Part shown: positions 62,711 to 64,000 of the stretch, piece by piece
Layout of the letters: each line of letters begins with the position of its first letter
How positions within the stretch are numbered: the first letter of the stretch is position 1
Origin: Botryllus schlosseri
Taxonomy: Eukaryota
Length of the DNA stretch: 64,000 nt
NCBI GenBank assembly: GCA_051294905.1
Contig: CM119372.1
Span: 8,372,001-8,436,000, forward strand
Reading direction: 5' to 3'
Made by a program: the position numbers and the translations under genes
Notes under the pieces: model-generated
Seen by the model: the letters and a program-made list of their open reading frames with translations, nothing else
Told to the model about the DNA's origin: nothing
The model's database searches: none

Positions 62711-63841
62711 CGGTGACCGGTGAACTCGGCCCATGACGAACTCGGCCTATTGAACTCGGCCCATGACGAACTCGGCCTATGACCAACTCGACGAACTCGG
62801 CCTATGACCAACTCGGCCCATGGTGAATTTGTTAATAAAAATTATTATAAATGTCGTGAATTGTATTAATTGTGTGGAGACAATGGTGAATTGGTGGTGA
62901 TGGACATGTCGTATGAATGTTATTACCAATGGGGGCAGTATCGTCAAGGAATAGGGCCTAGACAGAAAAAAACCTCCTTGCACCAACTCAACTATTAATG
63001 TGAATTATATTACATAATTATTTTATTATCAAGTGATTAGGTTAGGGTTATGATTAGGGTTAGGTTAGGGTTAGGATTAGGGTTAGGTTAGGGTTATGAT
63101 TAGGTTAGGTTAGGGTTAGGTTAGGATTAGGGTTATGATTAGGTTAGGACTAGGGTTAGGTTAGGGTTAGGATTAGGTTAGGGTTAGGATTAGGGTTAGG
63201 TTAGGGTCATGATTAGGTTAGCATTAGGGTTAGGTTAGGTTAGGATTATGATTAGGTTAGGATTAGGGTTAGGATTAGGTTAGGGTTATGATTAGGTTAG
63301 GGTTAGGTTAGGATTAGGGTTAGGTTAGGTTAGGGTTAGGATTATGATTAGGTTAGGGTTAGGTTAGGATTAGGGTTAGGGGTTAGGGTCCAACACTCCC
63401 AAATTAACCATTTTCTCCGACAAATAATACAATTTACGACGTTTATGATCATTCATACTAAGAAATTCCCCACGGGCCGAGTTGGTCATAGGCCGAGTTT
63501 GTCATGGGCCGAGTTCGTCATAGGCTGCGCTCGCCATGGGCCGAGTTCGTCATGGGCCGAGTTTGTCATGGGCCGAGTTCACTGGCAATCCCCACGTGTT
63601 ATGACGGCGGCAAGTAAAACTTCAAATTCTGAGAACTGCAATACTGCCCTCCCCCAGCATTCGTACGACATGTCCATCACTCCCAAATTAACAATTTTCT
63701 CCGACAAATACTACAATTTACGACGTTTATAATCATTAATATCAAGAAATTCCCCACGGGCCGAGTTGGTCATAGGCCGAGTTCGTCATGGGCCGAGTTC
63801 AATAGGCCGAATTCGTCATGGGCCGAGTTCACTGGCAACCG
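62711..63841. mobile_element. Unclassified TIR element with telomere-like core and 6-bp TSD
   Basis: Termini CGGTGACCGGTGAACTCGGCC / GGCCGAGTTCACTGGCAACCG. TSD TGTCAT at 62705-62710 and 63842-63847. ~16-bp subterminal repeats ATGACGAACTCGGCCC. Confidence 0.8.
63036..63388 (+). repeat. Interstitial telomere-like repeat (TTAGGG/TTAGG/TTAGGA/TTATGA mix)
   Basis: Read directly from the sequence. Confidence 0.95.
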
Positions 63842-64000
63842 TGTCATCACTTGGCCAGTTGGCAGTTGGCCTATTATGGTACATGTCCTGCTCACACTCA
63901 GTCTCCGTTATTTTAAGGTTATTTAACAATATCATTGATTATAAATGTTTAGACATCATATGTTGCCTTCTTCCTTATAAGTTATATTGAGGTATGATGA

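Noticed and set aside
63036..63388. True chromosome telomere
   Set aside because: The repeat is heterogeneous, internal, and enclosed by TIRs with a TSD.

Overview
AT-rich, transposon-dense eukaryotic DNA, probably from an invertebrate such as a tunicate (inference from GT-AG introns, tRNA-derived SINEs, hAT elements and TTAGGG-like repeats). Two giant palindromic insertions dominate the window: A (16559-30208, 13.65 kb, ~5.9 kb arms) and B (40056-54103, 14.05 kb, ~6.55 kb arms). Each has 5'-AGTAGT...ACTACT-3' termini and a perfect 6-bp target-site duplication (CAGTGC; TATTAT), which is the Maverick/Polinton signature, but neither has a long ORF. They look like non-autonomous fold-back Mavericks. 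They share a ~1.3 kb internal module in opposite polarity, and A carries tRNA-Leu(TAA) relics. Two intronless paralogous ~1220-aa ORFs (11327-14968, 55303-58968) encode a GlnD/DUF294-like nucleotidyltransferase domain followed by a helical/TPR-like region. Phase-compatible exons suggest a spliced host gene with a C-terminal transmembrane helix, whose large intron may contain the first ORF and element A. The rest is hAT MITEs, a hATm relic, SINEs, a LINE fragment and a TIR element with a telomere-like core. All identities and family assignments are by eye; no searches were run.
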